Source of the DNA: Minisyncoccota bacterium
GTDB taxonomy: Bacteria; Patescibacteriota; Minisyncoccia; Minisyncoccales; GWA2-38-27
DNA length: 64,000 nt
NCBI GenBank assembly: GCA_028687715.1
Contig: JAQTZP010000004.1
Location: forward strand, 25,751 to 89,750
Direction of reading: 5' to 3'
The notes below the pieces were generated by a model. The model made no database searches. It had not been told where the DNA came from and saw only the letters and a program-made list of their open reading frames with translations. Made by a program: the position numbers and the translations under genes. Below, in pieces: positions 37,046 to 46,106 of this stretch (positions are counted from its first letter, which is position 1; each line of letters starts with the position of its first letter).

Positions 37046-37879
37046 TTAACAAGTGGATAATTCACAGCTGTTTGTTAGCTTAATCCAATCATCAATACCT
37101 AATGTTTCAGCTCTTTGGCTTGGCCTAATTTCATTTTTCAAAAGCCATAACTTTATTCTGTTTTTATCCGATTTTAATTCTTTCGACAGGTTGTTTAAAA
37201 GCTGCTTCCTGGGCTGGGAGAAACCAGCTTTAACTATCTTAAAGAAGAGTTCCTTGTTGACCTTAATCTCGCTTGTCTTTGGAATAATTTCTATAACTGC
37301 GCTGTCTACTTTTGGCTTGGGCCAGAAATGATTTTTAGAAACATGTAAGATAATTTCAGCTTCTGCGTAGAATTGGACAGAAACAGCTAAAACATTCATT
37401 TTAGGAGGCTTTTCGCATATTCTCTCAGCCATTTCTTTTTGGACCAAAAGAACTATATTTTTAGGAGGACTTTTAGACTCAAGAAGCCTTTTTATAACAG
37501 GTGCTGTTAAATAATATGGGATGTTAGAGACCACATTATAATTATTCTGTATTTTATTATCAGATAGAAACCTTAAGATATCTTTTTGAACTATTTCTAT
37601 GTTCTTGATATCTTTTAGTGTTTTTTCCATTACCTTTATCATCTTAGGGTCTTTTTCAACTGCTATCACCTTTTTTGCCCTATTGGCCAATTCTTGGGTT
37701 AGATTTCCAATGCCTGGTCCAATCTCTAAAATAGTTTCATGCGGTTTAATAGAAGCTGTTTTGGTAATCCTTTGAGCTGTTTGCTTGTCAATCAGAAAAT
37801 TCTGACCCAATCCCTTAGAAGGAGAAATATTATGGTTTTTAAGAATCTCTTTGATGGTTTTTTGAGAAAATAGGTTCAT
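37046..37879 (-). CDS. rsmA: 16S rRNA (adenine1518/1519-N6)-dimethyltransferase
   Basis: GQNFLIDKQ motif; SAM-binding EIGPGIGNLT; NIPYYL motif. Confidence 0.85.
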   Translation of the reverse strand: MNLFSQKTIKEILKNHNISPSKGLGQNFLIDKQTAQRITKTASIKPHETILEIGPGIGNLTQELANRAKKVIAVEKDPKMIKVMEKTLKDIKNIEIVQKDILRFLSDNKIQNNYNVVSNIPYYLTAPVIKRLLESKSPPKNIVLLVQKEMAERICEKPPKMNVLAVSVQFYAEAEIILHVSKNHFWPKPKVDSAVIEIIPKTSEIKVNKELFFKIVKAGFSQPRKQLLNNLSKELKSDKNRIKLWLLKNEIRPSQRAETLGIDDWIKLTNSCELSTC

Positions 37880-37987
37880 TGTGTTAATCTTACCCTTTTT
37901 ATAAATCCAAACAATATCTATAGGCTAATTGTGGAAAAACCCCTTGACCTCAGTTCTAAAAAAGGATAGGATTAAAATAACATAAAG

Positions 37988-39109
37988 ATGCTGCCTTTAT
38001 CTAATAATAAAGAGAATTTGCCTGTTGGAAGCGGCAATAAAAGGAATAAAAAGAAACGTAAAAGGGCTCTAAACCCTGTTTTTGTTAGCCTCTCATTCTT
38101 GTTTATTATCGTAATAGGAGTCTTGTTTTTTAAAGACAACAGCAATAAATCCCTTTTTGGACGGGATTTTTCTTTTTTGTCAGCAAACGCAAAAGATATA
38201 ATTTACTCCCAAAGATTATTTGTGGAACCGGCTAAAAATATTGTAAGTGATTCGCCTGATATAAATTTTGTTCAGGATAACAGTATAGCTAGAATTTGCC
38301 CTCCTGTTTCATTTAACCCCCAGTCTTTAGGCACTATTTTAGGGGAAGTGGATGTCGGCTCTGATATTGACGGCGAGATAAGGGAATACGTTGTTGAAGC
38401 AGGCGATACCCTTTCTTCTATTGCCCAGAAATTCAACATATCTCAGGAAACAATATTGTGGGCTAATAATCTAAAGAGCAAATCTGATATCAAGAATAAT
38501 CAGAAGCTTATAATCCTTCCAGTGTCCGGAGTCCTTCATATGGTAAAAGACGGAGATACTGTCGGTTCCATTGCCAAGGTCTACGGGTCAAGCTCGAAAG
38601 AGGTAGTTGATTTCAATAATTTGTCTGATGAAGGAAATATCTATATCGGAGATATTTTAGTTGTTCCCGGAGGAAAGGTGCCTCAGAAATCAGCGCCTTC
38701 GGTCCCTTCAATCCCCTTGGCTGATTCTTACTTTATCTTTCCCTGCGAAGGAACTATCAGTCAGGGCCCTCACGGCTCCTTCTTTAGCGCCATTGATATA
38801 GCCAATCAATGCGGCAAAATAGTTGTTGCCGCTGCCGGAGGAGTTGTTCAGAAGACGGGGTATATAAAAGTGGGAGGCAATATGGTGAATATCCTTCATC
38901 CGAACGGAGTTGTAACCTATTACGGACACCTTTCAAAAACAGCTGTGGCTCCCGGTCAGACAGTTGGAGCAGGAGATATAATAGGGTATATAGGAAATAC
39001 AGGCTATACTATCGGAGGCACTGGATGCCATCTCCACTTTGAAGTAAGGGGAGCAAAGAACTTTTTATCGCAGTATCCGGTAGGCACTTGCTTGAGCTGG
39101 AGGAAATAG
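37988..39109 (+). CDS. LysM-domain M23 family metallopeptidase (cell-wall hydrolase)
   Basis: An N-terminal transmembrane segment; two LysM repeats (YVVEAGDTLSSIAQKF, HMVKDGDTVGSIAKVY); M23 motifs HPNG...YYGH and CHLHFEV. Confidence 0.8.
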   Translation: MLPLSNNKENLPVGSGNKRNKKKRKRALNPVFVSLSFLFIIVIGVLFFKDNSNKSLFGRDFSFLSANAKDIIYSQRLFVEPAKNIVSDSPDINFVQDNSIARICPPVSFNPQSLGTILGEVDVGSDIDGEIREYVVEAGDTLSSIAQKFNISQETILWANNLKSKSDIKNNQKLIILPVSGVLHMVKDGDTVGSIAKVYGSSSKEVVDFNNLSDEGNIYIGDILVVPGGKVPQKSAPSVPSIPLADSYFIFPCEGTISQGPHGSFFSAIDIANQCGKIVVAAAGGVVQKTGYIKVGGNMVNILHPNGVVTYYGHLSKTAVAPGQTVGAGDIIGYIGNTGYTIGGTGCHLHFEVRGAKNFLSQYPVGTCLSWRK

Positions 39110-39209
39110 GCTTAATCAATATCAATTTATAAAAGAGCAGATTAAGCTTTTTTATTTTGGAAAAGACAGTTCTTTTCTTTCATTTTAAAATATGTTAGAA
39201 TTTTAAAAG

Positions 39210-39647
39210 ATGAAAAAATCATTATTGATTATTTTTTTGATATTTACTGGATTATTATTTTTTACCAGTTCTGTTTCAGCTGCAGGAACAAATTGCCCGA
39301 CAGGACTGGTTCCCTGCGGTACAAGCGGCTGTCCCTGCACTCTGTGCGATTTTTTTGTAATGTTTAATAGGATTTTTGTATTCTTTCTTTATCCGCCGCC
39401 AATAGGAGGCGGAATTGTATTAGGCATTGCCATCCTAATGATTACATACTCTGGTTTTCTGTTTATGACCGCTTATACAGGATTGGCTGGAGATCCTCAA
39501 GGAGCTTTTTCAAGGGCAAAGCAGGTAATCATCTATACCATAATCGGGCTTTTAATAGTATACGGGGCTTGGATAATACTGCATACCTTTTTCTATCTTA
39601 TCGGTTTTAATAGATACGGAAGCTGGTATCAGGTTAACTGCCAGTAA
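39210..39647 (+). CDS. VirB2/TrbC-like pilin candidate with a Cys-rich N-terminal segment (paralog of 28133..28480)
   Basis: Signal peptide; CPTGLVPCGTSGCPCTLC; then two hydrophobic helices with YSGFLFMTAYTGLAGDPQGAFSRAKQVIIYTIIGLLIV, which resembles the core of the 28133 protein. Confidence 0.45.
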   Translation: MKKSLLIIFLIFTGLLFFTSSVSAAGTNCPTGLVPCGTSGCPCTLCDFFVMFNRIFVFFLYPPPIGGGIVLGIAILMITYSGFLFMTAYTGLAGDPQGAFSRAKQVIIYTIIGLLIVYGAWIILHTFFYLIGFNRYGSWYQVNCQ

Positions 39648-39720
39648 GCCCTCATAGCTCAATTGGCAGAGCAGATCCCTCTTAAGGATAAGGTTCCAGG
39701 TTCGACTCCTGGTGGGGGCA
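39648..39720 (+). tRNA. tRNA-Lys (anticodon CTT), no encoded CCA
   Basis: Cloverleaf read by hand: acceptor GCCCTCA/TGGGGGC with one G.U pair; D-arm GCTC-AATTGGCA-GAGC; anticodon loop CT-CTT-AA; T-arm CCAGG-TTCGACT-CCTGG. Confidence 0.7.
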
Positions 39721-39847
39721 TATGTTTGTTAAGAACTTAGGGCTTTACAAATTATTCATTTGTTATAATATCAATAATTAATATCAAAAAAGGTATTTTG
39801 CCTTTTTTATTTTTTAATTGTAAAATTAAGTTAAGAAAATAAAAATT

Positions 39848-40111
39848 ATGTTGTCGTTAGAAGAAAAAAACAAAATTATCCAAAAATACAAAATTCATGA
39901 TAAAGACAGCGGTTCAAGCGAGGTTCAAATCGCTCTTTTTACCGAAGAGATAAAAAAGCTTCTTTCTCATTTAAAAAAGAACTCTAAAGACCTTCATTCA
40001 AAAAGAGGGCTTTTGGGTATGGTTTCTAAAAGAAGAAAGCTTTTAAAGTATCTAAAAAAAGAAGACGAGAAAAGGTACAAAGAGATATTGAAGAAAATAG
40101 GACTTAAATAA
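39848..40111 (+). CDS. rpsO: 30S ribosomal protein S15
   Basis: MLSLEEKNKIIQKY...GSSEVQIALFTEEIKKLLSHLKKN.KD.HS.RGLL is a canonical S15 sequence. Confidence 0.9.
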   Translation: MLSLEEKNKIIQKYKIHDKDSGSSEVQIALFTEEIKKLLSHLKKNSKDLHSKRGLLGMVSKRRKLLKYLKKEDEKRYKEILKKIGLK

Positions 40112-40115
40112 ATTT

Positions 40116-40619
40116 ATGGTTATAAAGCACATAGGTCAAAAAGTTGCGGTTTTAATAGATGTTCAGAATCTTTATCATTCAGCAAAAAACCTTTATCAGG
40201 CAAGAGTTAATTTTCAGGAGGTTTTAAAATTAGCAGTCAGTAAAAGGAATCTAATTAGGGTTTTTGCCTATGTTGTTAGAACAAAAACAGGAGAGGAAAA
40301 GCCTTTCTTTGAAGCGCTTACAAAACTTGGCATTGAAACAAGAATTAGAGATTTGCAGGAATTCTACGGCGGACAGAAAAAAGCTGACTGGGATGTTGGA
40401 ATTGTAATAGACGCAATTAGGATTGCTTCAAGCGTTGATACTATAATTTTAGCCTCAGGAGACGGAGATTTTATCTCTTTGGTGGAATATCTTAAAAACC
40501 AGGGGAAAAGAGTAGAGGTAATGGCTTTCGGCAGGTCTGCTTCGTCTCATCTAAAAGAAGTAGCTGATGAATTTATAGATTTAGGAGAAACTCCCTCAAA
40601 GTTTTTATTTAAAAAATAG
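40116..40619 (+). CDS. NYN-domain (LabA-like, PIN-related) protein
   Basis: VAVLIDVQNLY...ILASGDGDF are conserved acidic NYN/LabA residues. The gene lies between rpsO and pnp. Confidence 0.65.
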   Translation: MVIKHIGQKVAVLIDVQNLYHSAKNLYQARVNFQEVLKLAVSKRNLIRVFAYVVRTKTGEEKPFFEALTKLGIETRIRDLQEFYGGQKKADWDVGIVIDAIRIASSVDTIILASGDGDFISLVEYLKNQGKRVEVMAFGRSASSHLKEVADEFIDLGETPSKFLFKK

Positions 40620-40622
40620 AAT

Positions 40623-42728
40623 ATGAAGTTCAACTTAGAAATAAACAACAAGAATTTAGAGGTAGAATATAATAATTTGGCAGAACAAGCAAACGGCAAT
40701 GTTATGGTTTCTTTGGGCGACACAGTAGTTTTAGCCACTTCCGTAATGTCTAAAGAAGAAAGGGAGAATTTAGGTTTTTTCCCTTTAACAGTGGAATATG
40801 AAGAAAAATACTATGCTGCTGGGAAAATAAAAGGCTCCCGATATATCAAGCGCGAGAGCAGGCCTTCTGACGAAGCAATCTGCAACGCCCGCTTGATTGA
40901 TAGGGCAATCAGGCCTCTTTTTGACAAGGATTTATCAAGAGAGGTTCAGGTTATAGCAACTGTTTTATCCTGGGATAATGAAAACGACCCTGATGTCTTA
41001 GCCCTTATATCCTCTTCTTTATCTTTGGCAATTTCTGATATCCCTTGGCAGGGCCCTGTCTCTGCGGCAAGGGTGATTAAAACCAAAGACGGCAGATTTA
41101 TTCTAAACCCAAGCTATGAAGAAAGAGAAAACAGCGAACTGGATATTGTTTTTGCCGCTGTTTTAAGAGACAAAGAAATCCTTATTAATATGATAGAAGG
41201 AGGAGCTGATGAAGCAGACGAGGAATCAGTATTGAAAGCTTTTGACCTATCCCGCGATTACTTGGAAAAACTGATTGAATTTCAAAAAGAAGTTGCAGAA
41301 AAAATAGGAAAGGAAAAGATAAAAATAGAGAAATATGAACCTGAGGAGTCTTTTAGGAATAAAATGAGGGAGATATTGGCTGACAGATTGGAAAAAGCTC
41401 TTTTTCAAAAGGACAAAGATAAAAGGGCTCAAGATGTAAATCTTTTAAAACAGGAATTTATTTCAACCCTTTTGGAATCAGAAACAGATTCAAATAAGAT
41501 TAAGTTTGCTAAAAAGTTCTTTGATGAGGAGATTGACAATCTGGTTCATCTAAACGCAATAAAGCATAACAAGAGAGTTGACGGCAGAAAACTCGACGAG
41601 CTTAGAGAAATAAGCTGCGAGGTCGGGTTGTTAAAACGGGCTCACGGTTCAGCTCTTTTTTCCCGAGGACAGACAAAATCTTTATCTATACTAACCCTGG
41701 GCGCTCCCGGAGACCAGCAGCTGTTGGAAGGAATGGAGATTGTAGGCAAGAAAAGATTTATGCATCATTACAATTTTCCTCCTTATTCTACTGGAGAAGT
41801 AAAACCAGTAAGGGGCCCGGGCAGAAGAGAGATTGGGCATGGCATGCTGGCTGAAAAAGCAATTCTGCCTCTAATTCCCTCTGTTGACGAGTTTCCCTAT
41901 ACTATTCGTTCTGTTTCAGAGATGCTTTCTTCAAACGGCTCTACCTCAATGGCTTCTGTCACAAGCACTTCTTTAGCTTTAATGGATGCCGGGGTTCCCA
42001 TCAAGAACCCTGCTTCAGGCATTGCCATCGGTCTTATGCAGGACCTTGAAACAGAAGAGTTCAAGGTTTTAACTGATATCCAGGGTCCTGAAGACCATCA
42101 TGGAGACATGGATTTTAAAGTTGCCGGAACCGAAAAAGGCATTACTGCTATTCAGCTTGATGTAAAGATTTGGGGGATTAACAAAGAAATTATGAAAGAG
42201 GCGCTTTCTAGAGCTAAGAAAGCGAGGCTTGAAATACTTAATAAAATGAAAAAAGTCATATCCGGCCCCAGATCCGAGCTTTCTCCTTTTGCTCCAAGGA
42301 TTTTAACCATGCAGATAAATCCAGAGAAAATAAGGGAGGTAATAGGCCCGGGCGGTAAAATAATAAATGCTATTATCGCTGAGACCGGAGTTTCAATCGA
42401 TATTCAGGATTCAGGCCTTATCTTTATTACTTCAGATAAAGAAGAAACTGCCAATAAAGCTCTTGAATGGATAAAAAACATCACAAAAGAGGTAGAGGTT
42501 GGAGAAGTTTTTACAGGGAAAGTAAAAAGAATATTGGAATTCGGCGCCTTTGTAGAGATTCTGCCTGGCCAGGAGGGCATGATTCATATTTCTAAATTAG
42601 GCCAAAAGACCAGGGTAAAGAAGGTAGAAGATGTATTAAAAATTGGAGATAATGTATCTGTAAAAGTTATTTCTATTGACGAGCAGGGAAGGATAAACTT
42701 AACTCTTTTAAAAAAGGAGAACAAATAG
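40623..42728 (+). CDS. pnp: Polyribonucleotide nucleotidyltransferase (PNPase)
   Basis: Two RNase PH domains, a KH domain (IREVIGPGGKIINAI) and a C-terminal S1 domain (GEVFTGKVKRILEFGAFVEI). Confidence 0.95.
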   Translation: MKFNLEINNKNLEVEYNNLAEQANGNVMVSLGDTVVLATSVMSKEERENLGFFPLTVEYEEKYYAAGKIKGSRYIKRESRPSDEAICNARLIDRAIRPLFDKDLSREVQVIATVLSWDNENDPDVLALISSSLSLAISDIPWQGPVSAARVIKTKDGRFILNPSYEERENSELDIVFAAVLRDKEILINMIEGGADEADEESVLKAFDLSRDYLEKLIEFQKEVAEKIGKEKIKIEKYEPEESFRNKMREILADRLEKALFQKDKDKRAQDVNLLKQEFISTLLESETDSNKIKFAKKFFDEEIDNLVHLNAIKHNKRVDGRKLDELREISCEVGLLKRAHGSALFSRGQTKSLSILTLGAPGDQQLLEGMEIVGKKRFMHHYNFPPYSTGEVKPVRGPGRREIGHGMLAEKAILPLIPSVDEFPYTIRSVSEMLSSNGSTSMASVTSTSLALMDAGVPIKNPASGIAIGLMQDLETEEFKVLTDIQGPEDHHGDMDFKVAGTEKGITAIQLDVKIWGINKEIMKEALSRAKKARLEILNKMKKVISGPRSELSPFAPRILTMQINPEKIREVIGPGGKIINAIIAETGVSIDIQDSGLIFITSDKEETANKALEWIKNITKEVEVGEVFTGKVKRILEFGAFVEILPGQEGMIHISKLGQKTRVKKVEDVLKIGDNVSVKVISIDEQGRINLTLLKKENK

Positions 42729-42759
42729 AAATTAAGCCTCTAGTCTCTCTTTTATTTTC

Positions 42760-45525
42760 ATGAAAGAAGATTTCTTGAAAACAGGGAATATAATAACAAT
42801 GGAAAAAGACATTGCCCGTCTTGAGGGCAGGGAGATTAAAAGACCCTCTGCTCCTGTTTTTATTGAACCCGAAGTTGTCAAAGCTAAGCCGGATAAAAAA
42901 AAAGAAGAAAAAAAGAAAGAAGAGGAAATCTTAGAAAACCAATTAAAAGAAAAAAGAAGGATAGAAGCGCTTCTAAAAGAAGAAGAGGAAAAGAGGCAAA
43001 AAGAGGAAAGACAAAAAATAATTGAAGAAGAAAAGAAAAAGCAGGAGATTAAGAAAAAAGAAGAAGAGGAAAGGATAAGGATTGAAGAAGAGAAAAAAAG
43101 ACAGGAAAAAGAAGCGCTGATAAGAGAGAGGGAAAAGGAACAGGAGATAAAGCGGATTGAAGAGGAAAAGAAAATCAGGGAAAAGATAAAGACAGAAGAA
43201 GAAGAAAGATTAATGGCAGATCCCAAAAAGAAAAGAGAGGCTCTTCTTGTCCAGCTGGAAGGGTTTAAAAAACAAAAAAACGAGATAAACAGAGAGCTTG
43301 AAAGATTTACAGTAGAAGAAAAACCTTTAAATAACAGAAAAGCAATACTCTTGAAAGAAATAGAAAGCATCAAGAAGGGTTTTGACCTTATCGCTGAGAG
43401 AGAAAAAAAGATAGAAGAAGAAGAAAGAGGGCTTGAAAGAAAAGAAGAAGAGGCTGTAGAGGCAAGAGATAGAAGAAAGCTGGAAAAAGAAAGATGGAGG
43501 ATAGAAGAAAAGAGGCAGGATCTTGAAAAGAAAAGATGGCCTTGGGACGAAAGGCTTAAAAATCTAAGCGATAAGATAGAAGAGATTGATATAGAGCTTA
43601 AAAGTATAGAGAATAAGGGATCTGGGTTTAGAAAGAAGGAGAAAGATATCAAGAAATCAGAAGACAATATCCGTCTTCAGATTGAGATAATTGATTTAAT
43701 AGAGGAGTCAAAGAAAATCGAAGAGCTTAAAAAGGTTGTCGCAGAGAAAAAGAACGAGCTTTTAAGCAGTTTAGATGGCTTTGATGAAAGAATTAAAGAT
43801 ATTTCAGATAAAGAAAAAGAAGTTGAAGAGGAAAAGAAGATAATTGAAAGCGAGGAGGAGACAAGCTCTGATTTTGAAAAAAGAAAAGAATTAGAACAAA
43901 AAAGATGGCAGATTGGAGAGGAAAGAAGGGGTATTGAAAAGCAAAGATGGCAGATTGAGGAGGAAAAAGAAAAAGTAGAGGATAATATCAAAAGAAGCGA
44001 AGAGAGATTCCAGAGTTTGATAAATAGAGCAAGCAGAATAATAGAGAGAAAGAAAGAAATTGAGAGAATTCTAACAGGAAAAGAACCCGAAGAAGAGGAA
44101 AAAAAGATAGAGAAAAAACCTGCTCTAAAACCTGTTGTTTTAGAGAAGCCAATCACTAAAGATAAAAAACCTGTTGAAGAACCTTTGATTTTAAAAGAAA
44201 AAGATGAAAAGCCTGAAGTATTTGATGAAAAGATTGAAGAAGCTAAAAAAAGAATTGCCGCTTTAAAAGACAGCCAAAAGGGGTCAGTTCAGAAGTGGGA
44301 GGACGAAGAAAGAAAAAGAGTGGAAAAAGAGGTTCTTGAAGAAAAAAAGAAGGCAGAGTTTTTGAAGATGGAGGAGGAAAGAAGAAAAGAGATTCTTTCG
44401 CGCTTGGAGGAAAAAGAAGTTGAGTTTGAAAAAGTTGAACCCATAGCAGCTTCTCCTCCTTTGAAAAAAGCTGTTTTAGAAAGAGATAAGGTTCCTAAAA
44501 AGACAACTTTTAAAGAAAAGCTTTGGGTAAGATTTTTAATATTCTCTTTTATCTTTACAATTTTAGCCGCAGTTGCAACTTTTTGGTACTGGTATCTCGT
44601 AGTAAATAGAAAGATTGTTGTTTTCCCTGACTCTGGAGGACCTCAAGAGGAAGCTGTTTTGCCTGAAGAGGAAGAATTAGAAGCTGGCTTGCCTGCTTCT
44701 ATTTTTTCCGCAGAAGAAACTAAAGTTATCAGCATATCTTCTTCAAATGAGTTAAGCGATTTAATAAAGCAGACTCTCGGCCAGTGGCATAATATAGAGC
44801 GTTTTAAAAGGATAGTAATAAAAGATGCAAAAGAGAATAAGATCCTCAATTTCAGAGAATTTCTGAATCATCTGAACATAGAGCTTCCTGAAAGCTTTTA
44901 TAGTATAATAGGAGACAAGTTCACTTTATTTATTTTCTCTCAAGCAGAAGGAAATAGAATCGGATTCGTGGTTGATATAGCCGATAAAAACAGAATGTCT
45001 TCTTTTCTTTCTTCAAGAGAGTCATCATTAAAACAGGACTTTAATCCTTTATACTCTCTAATGATAAATAATAATCCTGTTCTAAGCTCCCAATTCAAGA
45101 ATTCTTCTTCTGTAAGAGGTTATGTTGGTCTTAATTTCAGGTACCTGACTCTGGGGAAAGAAGATTTAGGTCTTTGCTATATTATCACTGATAATTATTT
45201 AGCCTTTACCAGCTCCTGGAACAGCGCTGTAAAGGTAATGGAAAGATTAAATATTGCTGGTTCTTCGGCAAAGATTGATAAAAATCTTAAGTACGGCGAT
45301 ACCGGAGAAGAGGTAACCCTTCTTCAATCATGGCTGGCTCAAGACTCTGTTATTTTCCCTGAGAAGATAATAAGCGGCATATTTGGAGATTCTACCAAAA
45401 GAGCCGTGATTCGCTTTCAGGAAAAATACGCTTCAGAGATTTTAGCCCCTCAGGGTCTTACCAGCCCAACTGGCGAAGTTGATTCTTTAACCAGGGAAAA
45501 ATTAAATGAGATTTATGGAAAATAA
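42760..45525 (+). CDS. K/E/R-rich coiled-coil protein (about 570 aa, cytoplasmic) with a single transmembrane helix and a C-terminal putative peptidoglycan-binding domain
   Basis: Extreme E/K/R low complexity with recurring E[KQ][KE]RW[RQ]IEE motifs (KERWRIEEKRQDLEKKRWPWDE; EQKRWQIGEERRGIEKQRWQIEEEK). Transmembrane helix LWVRFLIFSFIFTILAAVATFWYWYLVV. PGBD-like C-terminus (LKYGDTGEEVTLLQSWL...TKRAVIRFQEKY). Confidence 0.6.
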   Translation: MKEDFLKTGNIITMEKDIARLEGREIKRPSAPVFIEPEVVKAKPDKKKEEKKKEEEILENQLKEKRRIEALLKEEEEKRQKEERQKIIEEEKKKQEIKKKEEEERIRIEEEKKRQEKEALIREREKEQEIKRIEEEKKIREKIKTEEEERLMADPKKKREALLVQLEGFKKQKNEINRELERFTVEEKPLNNRKAILLKEIESIKKGFDLIAEREKKIEEEERGLERKEEEAVEARDRRKLEKERWRIEEKRQDLEKKRWPWDERLKNLSDKIEEIDIELKSIENKGSGFRKKEKDIKKSEDNIRLQIEIIDLIEESKKIEELKKVVAEKKNELLSSLDGFDERIKDISDKEKEVEEEKKIIESEEETSSDFEKRKELEQKRWQIGEERRGIEKQRWQIEEEKEKVEDNIKRSEERFQSLINRASRIIERKKEIERILTGKEPEEEEKKIEKKPALKPVVLEKPITKDKKPVEEPLILKEKDEKPEVFDEKIEEAKKRIAALKDSQKGSVQKWEDEERKRVEKEVLEEKKKAEFLKMEEERRKEILSRLEEKEVEFEKVEPIAASPPLKKAVLERDKVPKKTTFKEKLWVRFLIFSFIFTILAAVATFWYWYLVVNRKIVVFPDSGGPQEEAVLPEEEELEAGLPASIFSAEETKVISISSSNELSDLIKQTLGQWHNIERFKRIVIKDAKENKILNFREFLNHLNIELPESFYSIIGDKFTLFIFSQAEGNRIGFVVDIADKNRMSSFLSSRESSLKQDFNPLYSLMINNNPVLSSQFKNSSSVRGYVGLNFRYLTLGKEDLGLCYIITDNYLAFTSSWNSAVKVMERLNIAGSSAKIDKNLKYGDTGEEVTLLQSWLAQDSVIFPEKIISGIFGDSTKRAVIRFQEKYASEILAPQGLTSPTGEVDSLTREKLNEIYGK

Positions 45526-45544
45526 TAAATAAGAGATTAAATAT

Positions 45545-45919
45545 ATGAATAAAAAAACCATTAAAGAGCTTAAAGAGAAGCTTGAAAAGCAAAAATCAGA
45601 TATAGAGTCTGAGCTTTTAAAATTTGCCAAAGAGGATAAGAAAATCAAGGGAGACTGGGATACAAAATATCCCAGAACTGATGGAGGAACAGGAAGCCAG
45701 ACAATGGAGGATGCGGCTGACCAGGTAGAAGAATATGCCAATTTACTGCCGGTAGAGCATAGTCTAGAGCTAAGACTGAAGGATATAAATTTTGCCTTGG
45801 AAAAAATTAAAAAGAATAAATACGGAAAATGCGAAAAATGCAAAAAGCAGATTGACGAGGAAAGATTAAAAGTTTATCCAGAGGCAAGGTTCTGCGCTAA
45901 TTGTCCTAAAAAAAGATAA
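45545..45919 (+). CDS. DksA/TraR family C4-type zinc-finger protein
   Basis: A coiled-coil N-terminus and CEKCKKQIDEERLKVYPEARFCANC (CxxC-N17-CxxC). Confidence 0.65.
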   Translation: MNKKTIKELKEKLEKQKSDIESELLKFAKEDKKIKGDWDTKYPRTDGGTGSQTMEDAADQVEEYANLLPVEHSLELRLKDINFALEKIKKNKYGKCEKCKKQIDEERLKVYPEARFCANCPKKR

Positions 45920-45951
45920 AAAACGCTTTTTTAAAGCATTTTTTACGTTTA

Positions 45952-46024
45952 TGCCCCCGGAAGGATTCGAACCCTCAACTAGGCGTCCGAAGCGCCTCGT
46001 GTTGTCCAGTTATACCACAGGGGC
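45952..46024 (-). tRNA. tRNA-Arg (anticodon TCG), no encoded CCA
   Basis: The minus-strand sequence GCCCCTG...GGTTCGAATCC...CGGGGGCA has an anticodon arm AGGCG-CTTCGGA-CGCCT. The D-stem has one A.C mismatch. Confidence 0.6.
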
Positions 46025-46106
46025 TTTTTTAATTCTAACATAAAATTGCTTAAAATCAATTCTAGGCTTATTGAAAAAAAGCATAAATTAAGATAGAGTA
46101 AATTTA

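Noticed and set aside
42732-44156. Long minus-strand ORFs (311 aa and 159 aa) that are rich in S/F/L
   Set aside because: They are the antisense reading of the K/E-rich gaa/aag repeat region of the 42760..45525 gene. They have no start context and are pure low-complexity artefacts.
45920-45951. Possible terminator hairpin after dksA (AAAACGCTTTTTTAAAGCATTTTTT)
   Set aside because: There are T-runs but no convincing complementary stem, so it is not called.
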